From an uncultured virus (IMG/VR IMGVR_UViG_3300028196_001171) (taxonomy: Duplodnaviria > Heunggongvirae > Uroviricota > Caudoviricetes): a stretch of 55,066 bases of DNA. Below are positions 45,645 through 54,440 of the stretch, piece by piece. A program made the translations under genes and the position numbers. The notes beneath the pieces were generated by a model. That model worked only from the letters and a program-made list of their open reading frames with translations. It ran no database searches and had not been told where the DNA came from. Within the stretch, counting starts at the first letter, position 1, and every line of letters begins with the position of its first letter. The DNA is taken from IMG/VR virus record IMGVR_UViG_3300028196_001171, one strand, 5' to 3'.

Positions 45645-48371
45645 ATGGGCTCACTACTGCAAGACGTAATTGGATTATTTGCCAAGAAAAAATATGCACC
45701 AAACCCTTATGATCTTGATAAAGATGGTAAAGAGGATTTTTTAATTCTATCAACAAAACAAGATAGTTCCTTAAATGTAATGGCATACTTGCCAAAACTT
45801 GAACAAGAATTAATTTCAGTCAAGCAGTTGGCTGAAGCTATTGGTGTTGGTTCAAATACTACTTATGATTATAGTAGTGAAGGATTCAAAGGTGGTGTTA
45901 ATTTAATACTTACCGGATCAGATGGTACTGTTGATATAGTAAAACTTATTGAGGGTAATAATATTACTTTAACCGATGATGGCTCTAATGCTATAACTAT
46001 AAGTAGTTCTGATGAGTTTGATGGAACTGTTACTAGTATAGACGCTGATACTAATGGAAATGCAATTGCAGTCTCTGGAGGTCCTATTACAACTTCTGGT
46101 ATTCTTACATTTAATTATTTAGGTAATGCAACTCAGTATGTTAATGGTGCTGGAAACCTAGAAACCTTTCCAATCTTATTTGCCGGTTGGAGAATTAGTG
46201 ATGGTTTTATAACAGGAACTGTAGAAAGTAATGAAGTAGTTGTTTTTGACGGAGGCCCAAAAATACGTACTGCACTATCATTAGCTGGAGGTAACCCGGA
46301 GAAAATAACTATTACTCACCTTGATACAACTAGAATAGATACAGCATCATCTGAATCACCTGCATTTGGTGCTTCATTTGAGGTTGTTGACAAAATAATT
46401 CAAGATGCAACTGGGCACCCTACAGAAGTAAACTTTAAAACAGTAACTCTACCAACACCTGCTGCAGCAAGTAATACTACATATGATTTAAGTGGTCAAG
46501 GAAGCGGTGCTGCTGGTGTAAACTATTCTATAGATTTAACTGGATCAGACGGCTCATTAGATAAAGTAATTCTTGAAGCTGGTAATAACATTACATTAAC
46601 AGATCAGGGTAACGATACAGTACAAATAAGTTCTATAGATAATAATACAACATATACTCTTAGTGGTCAACAGTCTGGTGGTACAAACTATGCAGTCAAC
46701 TTAGAGGATTCAAACAGTGTTCTTAGTACATTATTTTTAAATGCAGGAACTAATATAACATTAACACAAGCAGGTAATGGAGTAACTATAGACGCTTCTG
46801 GTGGTTCTGGTTCCGTTACTAGTGTTGGTTTATCAGCACCCCCTGCATTTGTTGTTTCAGGATCTCCTGTAACAGGGTCAGGTACTCTTTCATTTACAGG
46901 TGCAGGTACTGCACAACAATATATAGATGGTACAGGAACTTTACAAACATTCCCTTCTGTAGGGACAGGGACAGTAACAGATTTTAATTGTGATGTAACG
47001 CCAGGAATAGCAGATGCAATAGTACCTTCTGTAGCAAATTCAACTACCACACCTTTCTTAACTTTAAATTTTCAAGGGGTACCAGCTCAATATGTTAGAG
47101 GTGATGGTGCATTAGAAACATTCCCTGTTATTCCTGCAGCAGTACCAGTGATGACATCTACGGTAACTGGAACAGGTAAATTATGGGATGATACAGTACA
47201 GCTTGAAGCAGCTGAGGCAGTATCAACTGTTAAAGATAGAACATACGGTGTTCAATTTAATTCAGATGATCAATTAGTAGTAAACGTACCTTGGTCAACA
47301 TCTGGAGGTAGTATGTCTAGTTGGACAATTGGTGATGGTACAGGTATTGAACCTGTAACAGACGGAGTAGAAGTTCAGTTTAGAGGTCTAGATAAGATAA
47401 GTACAAGCGTAACACTTGTTGGAACTGACATACAATTAGATATTGATCATGATGATACAACAAGAACTGATACAACATCTACAGCATCTCCTATAGCCGG
47501 AGGTACTTTTACAGTAGTAGATAGTATTATACAAGATACAACTGGTCACGTAAATGCAGTAAATGTTAAAACAATTACATTACCTAGCGCTGCAGCTGTA
47601 CCAAAAATGTCATCAACCGTTCTTGGTATTGGTAAATTATTTAGTGATGTTGTACAATCACAAGGATCAAACCCTGTCACGGAAGTAGAAAAAAGAACTT
47701 ATGGAGTTCAATTTAATTCTAGTGATCAACTAGTTGTTAATGTACCTTGGACTAATTCAACTGCAGGGTGGACATTAACAGGTGATATTGGAACAGGGCA
47801 AGTTGTTGCTGATGGAGATACAGCTTTACTAGCAGGTGGTGTAGGAATTGCAACAAGCACTGTTGCTACAGATAAACTAACTATAGATTTAGAAAACACA
47901 TCTGTTACCCCAGGGGTTTATACAAATGCTAATATTGAAGTTGATGCTCAAGGTAGACTTACTGCAGCATCAAATGGTACAGGCGGTAGTGGAGTAAACT
48001 ATACATCTTATGTTGCACGTTTCAATCATCCTAAAGGAGCTCCAATTTCAGTTCAAGAATTATCAAATGATACAGGATGTCAGTTCACTTGGCAAGGAGG
48101 AACAGCAGTATATAAAATTCTTATACATGCACCAGGAGACACAAGTACAAGATGTGAAACTAGTAAATTTCCGTGGGTCATGGCAAATGGTAGATCAGAA
48201 ATAATAGAAGGTACACGTCCTGCAGAAATCTTTTTTAGAGAGTGGGAATTAACACCTACTGAAAATGCTGTTTATCTAGATTTTCTAGAAGAAGATTTTA
48301 CTGGCAGTACTAAAGGAATATCTCAAGGTAATATAGAAATAAGATTCTACAATCCAAGAGTAGAACCGTAA
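45645..48371 (+). CDS. Tail/head fibre protein with internal duplicated modules
   Basis: 908 aa, Thr/Gly/Ser-rich. LTGSDG..AGNNITL repeats, GSVTSV motifs, VDAQGRLTAASNG, and duplicated RTYGVQFNS..QLVVNVPW. Confidence 0.7.
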   Translation: MGSLLQDVIGLFAKKKYAPNPYDLDKDGKEDFLILSTKQDSSLNVMAYLPKLEQELISVKQLAEAIGVGSNTTYDYSSEGFKGGVNLILTGSDGTVDIVKLIEGNNITLTDDGSNAITISSSDEFDGTVTSIDADTNGNAIAVSGGPITTSGILTFNYLGNATQYVNGAGNLETFPILFAGWRISDGFITGTVESNEVVVFDGGPKIRTALSLAGGNPEKITITHLDTTRIDTASSESPAFGASFEVVDKIIQDATGHPTEVNFKTVTLPTPAAASNTTYDLSGQGSGAAGVNYSIDLTGSDGSLDKVILEAGNNITLTDQGNDTVQISSIDNNTTYTLSGQQSGGTNYAVNLEDSNSVLSTLFLNAGTNITLTQAGNGVTIDASGGSGSVTSVGLSAPPAFVVSGSPVTGSGTLSFTGAGTAQQYIDGTGTLQTFPSVGTGTVTDFNCDVTPGIADAIVPSVANSTTTPFLTLNFQGVPAQYVRGDGALETFPVIPAAVPVMTSTVTGTGKLWDDTVQLEAAEAVSTVKDRTYGVQFNSDDQLVVNVPWSTSGGSMSSWTIGDGTGIEPVTDGVEVQFRGLDKISTSVTLVGTDIQLDIDHDDTTRTDTTSTASPIAGGTFTVVDSIIQDTTGHVNAVNVKTITLPSAAAVPKMSSTVLGIGKLFSDVVQSQGSNPVTEVEKRTYGVQFNSSDQLVVNVPWTNSTAGWTLTGDIGTGQVVADGDTALLAGGVGIATSTVATDKLTIDLENTSVTPGVYTNANIEVDAQGRLTAASNGTGGSGVNYTSYVARFNHPKGAPISVQELSNDTGCQFTWQGGTAVYKILIHAPGDTSTRCETSKFPWVMANGRSEIIEGTRPAEIFFREWELTPTENAVYLDFLEEDFTGSTKGISQGNIEIRFYNPRVEP

Positions 48372-48423
48372 TAAGTCTAATGATATTAGTCTAAATAAAA
48401 AATAAACAATAAAATAAAAAACA

Positions 48424-51400
48424 ATGAGTGTTTATATACAAGAGGTCTTAGGACTATTAAAAAGGAATAAAAAGAAAAAGAAACTAGACAAAATGAGAGA
48501 TCATTTTGAATTTGGTAAGCTTTATCAGAACAGTAGTTTAAATACTGGTGCTGTTTATAATCCTAAGATGGAACCTTTTGTTGTAAAGTGGGGAGATCTT
48601 GTTTGTGAAGCTACAGAAAATTTAACTAGAACAAAACCGGGTGAAGGTAAACTTGGTTTTGTTCCTGTTTATACTACACCTGAAGGGTCATGTGCATGGG
48701 ATACCTTAATGGATTCTATCATAACTCAAAATGCTATAGGTGATACTATCAATATAGCAGGTGATTTATATGTAGAAGGTACTATAACAACTCCAACACT
48801 AACAGAAGACCGTATAGTTATAGTTGGTCCTGGCGGTGTATTAGAAGATGATTCAAATTTCACAATGGATGGAGTTACATTTACTGCATTAGTAAATGTA
48901 CAGCATGGTAGTTTAACCATGGCTACAGTACCTCCTACAACTACAACTTTAAACTCAAACATTGTACTTAGTGGGCCTATTACAGATTCACAAGGAAATG
49001 TTGGTCAACTATCTCAAGTACTTGTAGGTTTAGGTGACGGAAGAGTAATATGGTCAGATGATGATGTTGTAGAAGCTTTAACTTATGGAAGTCTATGGCA
49101 AGGAAATGTAAACAATTTAAAACAAGAGTTACCTATTGGAACAGCAGATCAGATTCTTATCTCTGATGGAGTAACATTCTCTTGGGAAGATAATCCTGCA
49201 GCAATTGTAGGAGAACAATGTGAAATCTATAGAATACCATTATGGACACCTAACTCTAATACATTAGGTTGTTCTTTATTAATACAAGATGGTGATTCAG
49301 GAACTCCTGCAACTAAAGTTATTAATGACGGTGAACTACAACAAACTAAAGAACTATTTTTAGATGATGTAAATCAAGATGATACTCTTACACAAGTTCT
49401 AGTAAGAGACCCTGCTTCAGCCAATGTGGTTAGATGGAGAGATGCACTTAGTATTGTACCAGAATTAGGTTGGGATTTAATAGATCCAGGTCTAGGTATA
49501 ACAAACTGGGATGTAGATAAGTATAATGGTTATATGCAAGTTACTATTCCGACTGCTTTTAGAGCAATTAGACCAAATAATCTTTTGAATGCAGATGAAG
49601 GTTATTTTGTTTTTGTTGCAGATAGCCCTAATATACCTTTAGACTATTTACTATTTACAGGTGTTAATGGAGGAACTACACAGACTGTGAGAACAACTTG
49701 GTCTGGTGATGCTGTTAATGGTTTTCCTTATATACCAACTAATCAATCTGGTGGATTTTGGCTACAAGGAGTAGCTGTAAAATTTCATTATATTTTACGT
49801 ATAGATGCTGCAGGTAATCAAATTATATGGTGGGATGCTTGCTGTGAAATACAACCTCTTAATCAATGCCCTATTGTACAAAACACTACTATTAGTTTAG
49901 TAGAAGATACAACTTTAACAGGTCAAACTTTAACAGCCTCAGATCCTGATGGTGATCCATTAACTTGGAGTATTGTAACTGCACCTCCAGCATCACATGG
50001 TACAGTTAATTTGAATTCAGCTACTGGTGTTTATGATTTTGTTCCTGCTATAAACTATTGTGGAACAGGATCATTTACATGGAAAGTTAGTGACGGTACA
50101 TGTGAAAAAGAAGCAACAACAACATATAATATAAGTTGTGTTTGTGATGTACCATCATTTGCTGTTTATCAAGGAGCTAATCAACCTTGTGGAGCAGCAT
50201 CAACTGCACCTTTATTTACTGATCCTGCAGGTTCACCTTATCAGTGGGTGGGTGATTATTGTGACCCAGATAATGCATATACTGACGTAACACTTACAAC
50301 AGAATATTCTCTTGATGGTGGTACAACTTGGATAGCAGGTCTTCCAGCAGGATCAACAATACAAAAAGATGTACCAGCACCATGGCAGTTTACTTTTGAT
50401 CAACCTTCTGTTCCATCTGGTAATCAGCAATTTAGATTTACACTTCAAGATGTAGATGTAACTTGTAAGAGCGAGTACATTTTTAATGTAACTGCAGCTT
50501 TAGATATATTAAATAGATTTGAATTTCAGGTGTCAAGTGAGCAAGCAACAGGAACATCTACAAATGCACTGTTTCCTTTCAGAGCTAATACAAATTTACC
50601 TGTATATGGAGCTACTGGAGGTACATGGAACCCTATACCTTTTCCTTCACCACAAAACTGGATGGGAAATTATACTAGTCAAGGAAGAAGATTAACTCAA
50701 TTTACATCTCAACCTGGTAACCTAAGCAATTCAGGACTAAATAACAATAATGAAGTATTGAATGTTTCACCGAGTGGTGGAACATATCCAGGTGTTGCAA
50801 ATTCAACATTTCAATTAGTATATTTAACTGCTGGTTATCAAGTTAATTCAAGTATCGTTGAATCAGTAACACCAAATATTGTAGCTCACCCTATGTCTTA
50901 TCCTGCTAATGATAATATATCAATAGGTGATACTATAATTTTTGATGCTAATACAATAAATATTGCTTTTGGTTTATCAGGTGTAAATGCTGTAACAGGT
51001 AATTTAACTTATGTAATTCAAAATGAAGATATTGGTTATGCTCCTTTTGCTATATCAGCAATACCTTTAGCACCAAATAATGGGTCTGCTCATCAGTGTA
51101 ATGATGGTGCATTTAAAATATATGCTGCTATCACAAATGCTGCTGGTGGAACAGAAGTTTATAATTTACTAAGAACCTCTACTTCTAATAATGGTATACA
51201 AAATCCAGCAAATGGTACTACAAACACAGCAGTTAGAAGATACAGTTTAGATAGTTATTCTCCTTCACTTGGATATCTAACTGGACCAAATGGTAGAACT
51301 TGGACTAGACCAACTAACAATGCACAAACTGGACTAGGAGTTAATGGATCACCTAGTATAATGAGTTCTGCTAATATTGATTATACACCACGTGGTGCTA

Positions 51401-52083
51401 CAGGGTCTAAATCTAACACAATTTATAACTACGATGGAGGATATGTTAAAGCAACAAATAATGTAGATACACTTTGGAGTTCTACAGGAGCGCAAAGACT
51501 TCAAGCAGGTGTTATACAACAGATAGCTGCTAATAGTATAGATGGTAATATAATTTTTTATATTGCAGGAGATAATTGGGCCAAAACACGTGCTACAACA
51601 CAAGCCACAGGTACAATTAGTTCAATAGGTCCTAATGGAGAAGTTACCGGTGTAACTTTAAATAGTGGCGGTGCTGGTTATGCTCAAAGTTTATTTAGTG
51701 GTGCTGGAAACCCAACAACTAGAGCAGAATATTTTATAAGTGGTGGAGATAGTGGATGTTCAGTTTTTGTAACTATGAATGCAACAGCTGGAAATAATCA
51801 ATCTATAGTATCTATAGATTCTGTAACAAGACCAGGTTCAGGTTATGTATTAGGTCAACCATTTTCTATTGATCCGGCTCTTACATGGGTTGCAAGTGCC
51901 CATGGTGATGCAGCTACTCTTAGAATATTTAAAGAAGATCCTAGTAATCCTGCAGATCAAATAGAAATATTTAATGGTCCTCCTTTTAATAATACTGGTA
52001 CCGCAACAGGTAATGCATTTAATGCAGGTGATGGAACATCAGTGCAAGTAAATATATTTACGGGTCAAGTAACAATTTTATAA
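48424..52083 (+). CDS. Fibre/adhesin-like virion protein with an Ig/cadherin-like (Big_9-type) domain
   Basis: 1219 aa; EDT..ASDPDGDPLTWSI..HGTV..P..NYCGTGSFTWKVSDG at about 49900-50100. Confidence 0.65.
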   Translation: MSVYIQEVLGLLKRNKKKKKLDKMRDHFEFGKLYQNSSLNTGAVYNPKMEPFVVKWGDLVCEATENLTRTKPGEGKLGFVPVYTTPEGSCAWDTLMDSIITQNAIGDTINIAGDLYVEGTITTPTLTEDRIVIVGPGGVLEDDSNFTMDGVTFTALVNVQHGSLTMATVPPTTTTLNSNIVLSGPITDSQGNVGQLSQVLVGLGDGRVIWSDDDVVEALTYGSLWQGNVNNLKQELPIGTADQILISDGVTFSWEDNPAAIVGEQCEIYRIPLWTPNSNTLGCSLLIQDGDSGTPATKVINDGELQQTKELFLDDVNQDDTLTQVLVRDPASANVVRWRDALSIVPELGWDLIDPGLGITNWDVDKYNGYMQVTIPTAFRAIRPNNLLNADEGYFVFVADSPNIPLDYLLFTGVNGGTTQTVRTTWSGDAVNGFPYIPTNQSGGFWLQGVAVKFHYILRIDAAGNQIIWWDACCEIQPLNQCPIVQNTTISLVEDTTLTGQTLTASDPDGDPLTWSIVTAPPASHGTVNLNSATGVYDFVPAINYCGTGSFTWKVSDGTCEKEATTTYNISCVCDVPSFAVYQGANQPCGAASTAPLFTDPAGSPYQWVGDYCDPDNAYTDVTLTTEYSLDGGTTWIAGLPAGSTIQKDVPAPWQFTFDQPSVPSGNQQFRFTLQDVDVTCKSEYIFNVTAALDILNRFEFQVSSEQATGTSTNALFPFRANTNLPVYGATGGTWNPIPFPSPQNWMGNYTSQGRRLTQFTSQPGNLSNSGLNNNNEVLNVSPSGGTYPGVANSTFQLVYLTAGYQVNSSIVESVTPNIVAHPMSYPANDNISIGDTIIFDANTINIAFGLSGVNAVTGNLTYVIQNEDIGYAPFAISAIPLAPNNGSAHQCNDGAFKIYAAITNAAGGTEVYNLLRTSTSNNGIQNPANGTTNTAVRRYSLDSYSPSLGYLTGPNGRTWTRPTNNAQTGLGVNGSPSIMSSANIDYTPRGATGSKSNTIYNYDGGYVKATNNVDTLWSSTGAQRLQAGVIQQIAANSIDGNIIFYIAGDNWAKTRATTQATGTISSIGPNGEVTGVTLNSGGAGYAQSLFSGAGNPTTRAEYFISGGDSGCSVFVTMNATAGNNQSIVSIDSVTRPGSGYVLGQPFSIDPALTWVASAHGDAATLRIFKEDPSNPADQIEIFNGPPFNNTGTATGNAFNAGDGTSVQVNIFTGQVTIL

Positions 52084-52262
52084 TGAGTAAAGTAAAAACA
52101 AATAGTGCAAGTAACCCTATGAGTCCACACAGTCCTAAAGTTAGGGCTGGTGGCTCAGTAGTTACTAATAAAAGTACAGGTAAAGGCGGTTTTAAGGTTG
52201 CCCAAGATTCAACTGTATTGGGTACAATGAATGGTATAATGAAAGATCAGTATAACAAGTAA
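52083..52262 (+). CDS. Small basic protein (59 aa, not in ORF track) with RAGG/GKGG motifs
   Basis: TAATG overlap with the previous gene; MSKVKTNSASNPMSPHSPKVRAGG...KDQYNK*. Confidence 0.6.
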   Translation: MSKVKTNSASNPMSPHSPKVRAGGSVVTNKSTGKGGFKVAQDSTVLGTMNGIMKDQYNK

Positions 52263-52263
52263 G

Positions 52264-52575
52264 TTATTTTTGATCTTCCAATTCTTTTTGTAAACATGCA
52301 AGTGCACGCCAAGCAACCTTTGCTGTATGACGTATTCCGTCATCATCAATTGTTCCTGCATCTATAAGATGTCTAGCTAATGCATCAAAATCATCATTAG
52401 ACTTATTACGATCCCAATGTAATGGTTTATCAGGGTGATGTTGTTTGTTTCCTTGTAAGGAAACTCTTGCTATTTCCATAATAGCATCCGGGAAGTATTT
52501 AAGAACACCAGTAAATACTGGAGTATCTTTTCTTTTTTCAGCTTTATCCATAAATAGCCATTCTTTTTTTATCAT
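52264..52575 (-). CDS. dATP/dGTP diphosphohydrolase-like protein (DUF5664)
   Basis: FPDAIMEIARVSLQGNKQH..W..DALARHL..D.DG..H.AKVAWRALA pattern. Confidence 0.75.
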   Translation of the reverse strand: MIKKEWLFMDKAEKRKDTPVFTGVLKYFPDAIMEIARVSLQGNKQHHPDKPLHWDRNKSNDDFDALARHLIDAGTIDDDGIRHTAKVAWRALACLQKELEDQK

Positions 52576-52778
52576 TTCTTTTTCTTTTTCCTTCTTTCAG
52601 CCATAACATCTTCAATCTTTCTAACTTCATATGCTCCACATGGACCATTTGCAGCACGAGATGTTGCTTTCCTATTAGTTCTTTGCCAGCTGTAAATTTG
52701 ACTATCTTCACTGCAAGGTATAAAGTTTATACCTGCTTTATTATATCTTTCTTGTTCTCTTTTTTCTTTCTTTGTCAT
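52572..52778 (-). CDS. Small basic hypothetical protein
   Basis: 68 aa; ATGA overlap with the DUF5664-like gene. Confidence 0.55.
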   Translation of the reverse strand: MTKKEKREQERYNKAGINFIPCSEDSQIYSWQRTNRKATSRAANGPCGAYEVRKIEDVMAERRKKKKK

Positions 52779-52956
52779 TTGTCTTTACTTTACGATTAAT
52801 TTTATTCCTTTGCCAAATCACTATTGCAAATAAAGCCACAGTAACTATGGGATGAATAATTACAAAAATCCAAATATTAGCTTCCTTATATGTTAAGCCA
52901 GTTATATCTGCTATCCAGTATAACACCTCAACGCATATATCAAATAATTCATGCAT
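52741..52956 (-). CDS. Small membrane protein
   Basis: Probable start MHELFDIC. G.TY.EANIWIFVII.P motif followed by a transmembrane segment. Confidence 0.6.
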   Translation of the reverse strand: MHELFDICVEVLYWIADITGLTYKEANIWIFVIIHPIVTVALFAIVIWQRNKINRKVKTNDKERKKRTRKI

Positions 52957-52960
52957 AAGT

Positions 52961-53152
52961 TTATTTATTTTTATTTTTACGATAGTCAATTATGAATCCA
53001 ACAGCTACGAGTAAGTTTAAACCTAAGCTAGCTATAATCTCATGAATATCTTTATATGTATTTATACTTAGATGTACATGTCCGATTACCCAAAATGGTA
53101 TTGCCATTTGCTGACTGTACCATATTAATGCAAACTCTATGAATTTTTTCAT
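52961..53152 (-). CDS. Small membrane protein
   Basis: Probable start at the ATGA overlap at 53152; two hydrophobic segments. Confidence 0.6.
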   Translation of the reverse strand: MKKFIEFALIWYSQQMAIPFWVIGHVHLSINTYKDIHEIIASLGLNLLVAVGFIIDYRKNKNK

Positions 53153-53367
53153 AACCAATCTCTAACATTTATATTTTTTTTTCCTCTTATAGTCCTAAAC
53201 ACAGTCTCTACTTCTTTCCAGTATTTTACTAATGTTTCAAAAGGCATTTCTTCACAAGTATAACGCAACTGTAGGATGTGTATAAGTCCATCTGTAGGAC
53301 CCATATTATTATATATGCTCTGTGCTCTTTGCTCAGGTTCTGTAAGTTGTGTTTTAGTCCAGTCCAT
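53149..53367 (-). CDS. Hypothetical protein
   Basis: 72 aa, AT-rich start, coupled to the next gene. Confidence 0.55.
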   Translation of the reverse strand: MDWTKTQLTEPEQRAQSIYNNMGPTDGLIHILQLRYTCEEMPFETLVKYWKEVETVFRTIRGKKNINVRDWL

Positions 53368-53377
53368 ATTTACTTAA

Positions 53378-53439
53378 TTAGGTGTAGGGGCCTACATGTA
53401 TAACATGCAGTTGGTTTGGCCCCATCATTATTCACCTAA
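53378..53439 (-). other. Nested stem-loop structure (candidate cis-regulatory or structured RNA)
   Basis: Three nested stems: TTAGGTG/CACCTAA, GGGGCC/GGCCCC and TGCATGT/ACATGTA. Confidence 0.45.
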
Positions 53440-53511
53440 CTTTCTACCTTTTAGGATCCATATTATATATATTATAATAATTAAAAAAAGTATTCTTAAT
53501 CCTGGGCTCAT
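53428..53511 (-). CDS. 27-aa single-TM peptide (not in ORF track)
   Basis: MSPGLRILFLIIIIYIIWILKGRKLGE*; ATGA overlap with the DUF932-like stop. Confidence 0.5.
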   Translation of the reverse strand: MSPGLRILFLIIIIYIIWILKGRKLGE

Positions 53512-54389
53512 ATTCTACCCATGTACATTTCTTGAACTAATACTTTTTCTGTTATATCTATATCAATTGGAACTTCAACAATATCTTCCATAACTATATC
53601 TATGTCATTAACATTGGTGTTAACTTCTAGATTAGCATATAAGTTCTTATTTATAACTTCAGCAGTTACAAAATCATGAAAGTCTTTTTGATCTGATAAC
53701 CAGTCTCTTGGATGTGCTTTCTTTAATGCATGCGTTACATGATTATAAAAAGCCCACGCACTGTTATTACTCTGACCATAATCAAAAGATGGTTTATCCA
53801 TTTCTTTCTTTATCATAGATACTTGTTGTGTGTCTATTATATCTTCATCAATAAATAATCTTCCTACCAACTCTGACTGTTGTTTACAGCTAAGTTCAAC
53901 AGACTTAAGATATTCTTTATCATTTATTAATCTTTTATAATATACTTCAGCATTCTTGATTTGATCTGTCATATGTAACTTAGTGTCCATATTAGCTGTT
54001 CCGGTATGCTTTCTAGTGTAATTCATCATATCACCAGCAACCATTCCGTTTGAACATACTTTAACATAAGCTCCTATAGCACACTGAAACCTTGTACTTT
54101 TATCATAAGAGTTAGTCCAAGAGAACATCATACCTAGTTCTTCTTCTTCCATTATACTGCTATCAACAGGATTAATAGGTCTTAAATGATAGATACCTTG
54201 TGCTACATTAGCATTCATATTAGATCTATAGACTTCTTTTATTATAGTGAATCCACTTGCATTAAGAAGATTCATAGTGTTGTCTATCACTTCTTTGTGT
54301 GATATGACTGTGTAAGATTTACCATGGTTAGGTAAAGGTTGACTTTTTAGAAATGCTTTAGTCACTTCTGTTGGTTTTTTATATCCCAT
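53508..54389 (-). CDS. DUF932-family protein
   Basis: Y..ISH, NSYDKS, VCSNGM, RKHT and WAFYNHVT motifs. Confidence 0.75.
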   Translation of the reverse strand: MGYKKPTEVTKAFLKSQPLPNHGKSYTVISHKEVIDNTMNLLNASGFTIIKEVYRSNMNANVAQGIYHLRPINPVDSSIMEEEELGMMFSWTNSYDKSTRFQCAIGAYVKVCSNGMVAGDMMNYTRKHTGTANMDTKLHMTDQIKNAEVYYKRLINDKEYLKSVELSCKQQSELVGRLFIDEDIIDTQQVSMIKKEMDKPSFDYGQSNNSAWAFYNHVTHALKKAHPRDWLSDQKDFHDFVTAEVINKNLYANLEVNTNVNDIDIVMEDIVEVPIDIDITEKVLVQEMYMGRI

Positions 54390-54409
54390 AATTATAAACT
54401 TATTAAGTG

Positions 54410-54440
54410 TAAATATAATAAATTAATCTGACTCAGCAAA
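54410..54440 (-). promoter_or_regulatory. Bacteroidota sigma70-type promoter-like element
   Basis: The minus strand reads TTTG-N19-TATATTTA, close to the TTTG/TAnnTTTG consensus, about 20 nt before the start at 54389. Confidence 0.5.

Noticed and set aside
402..51603. Many short antisense or alternative-frame ORFs in the track (for example 3648-3908, 41194-41592, 44371-44691, 46688-47050)
   Set aside because: They are fully nested in or opposite to long genes with recognisable motifs, so they are shadow ORFs.
45645..52083. Diversity-generating retroelement target in the fibre genes
   Set aside because: No reverse transcriptase, and no near-identical repeat pair differing only at adenines was seen.
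53396..53593. 65-aa + strand ORF
   Set aside because: It is antisense to the DUF932-like end and to a better-coupled 27-aa minus-strand ORF.
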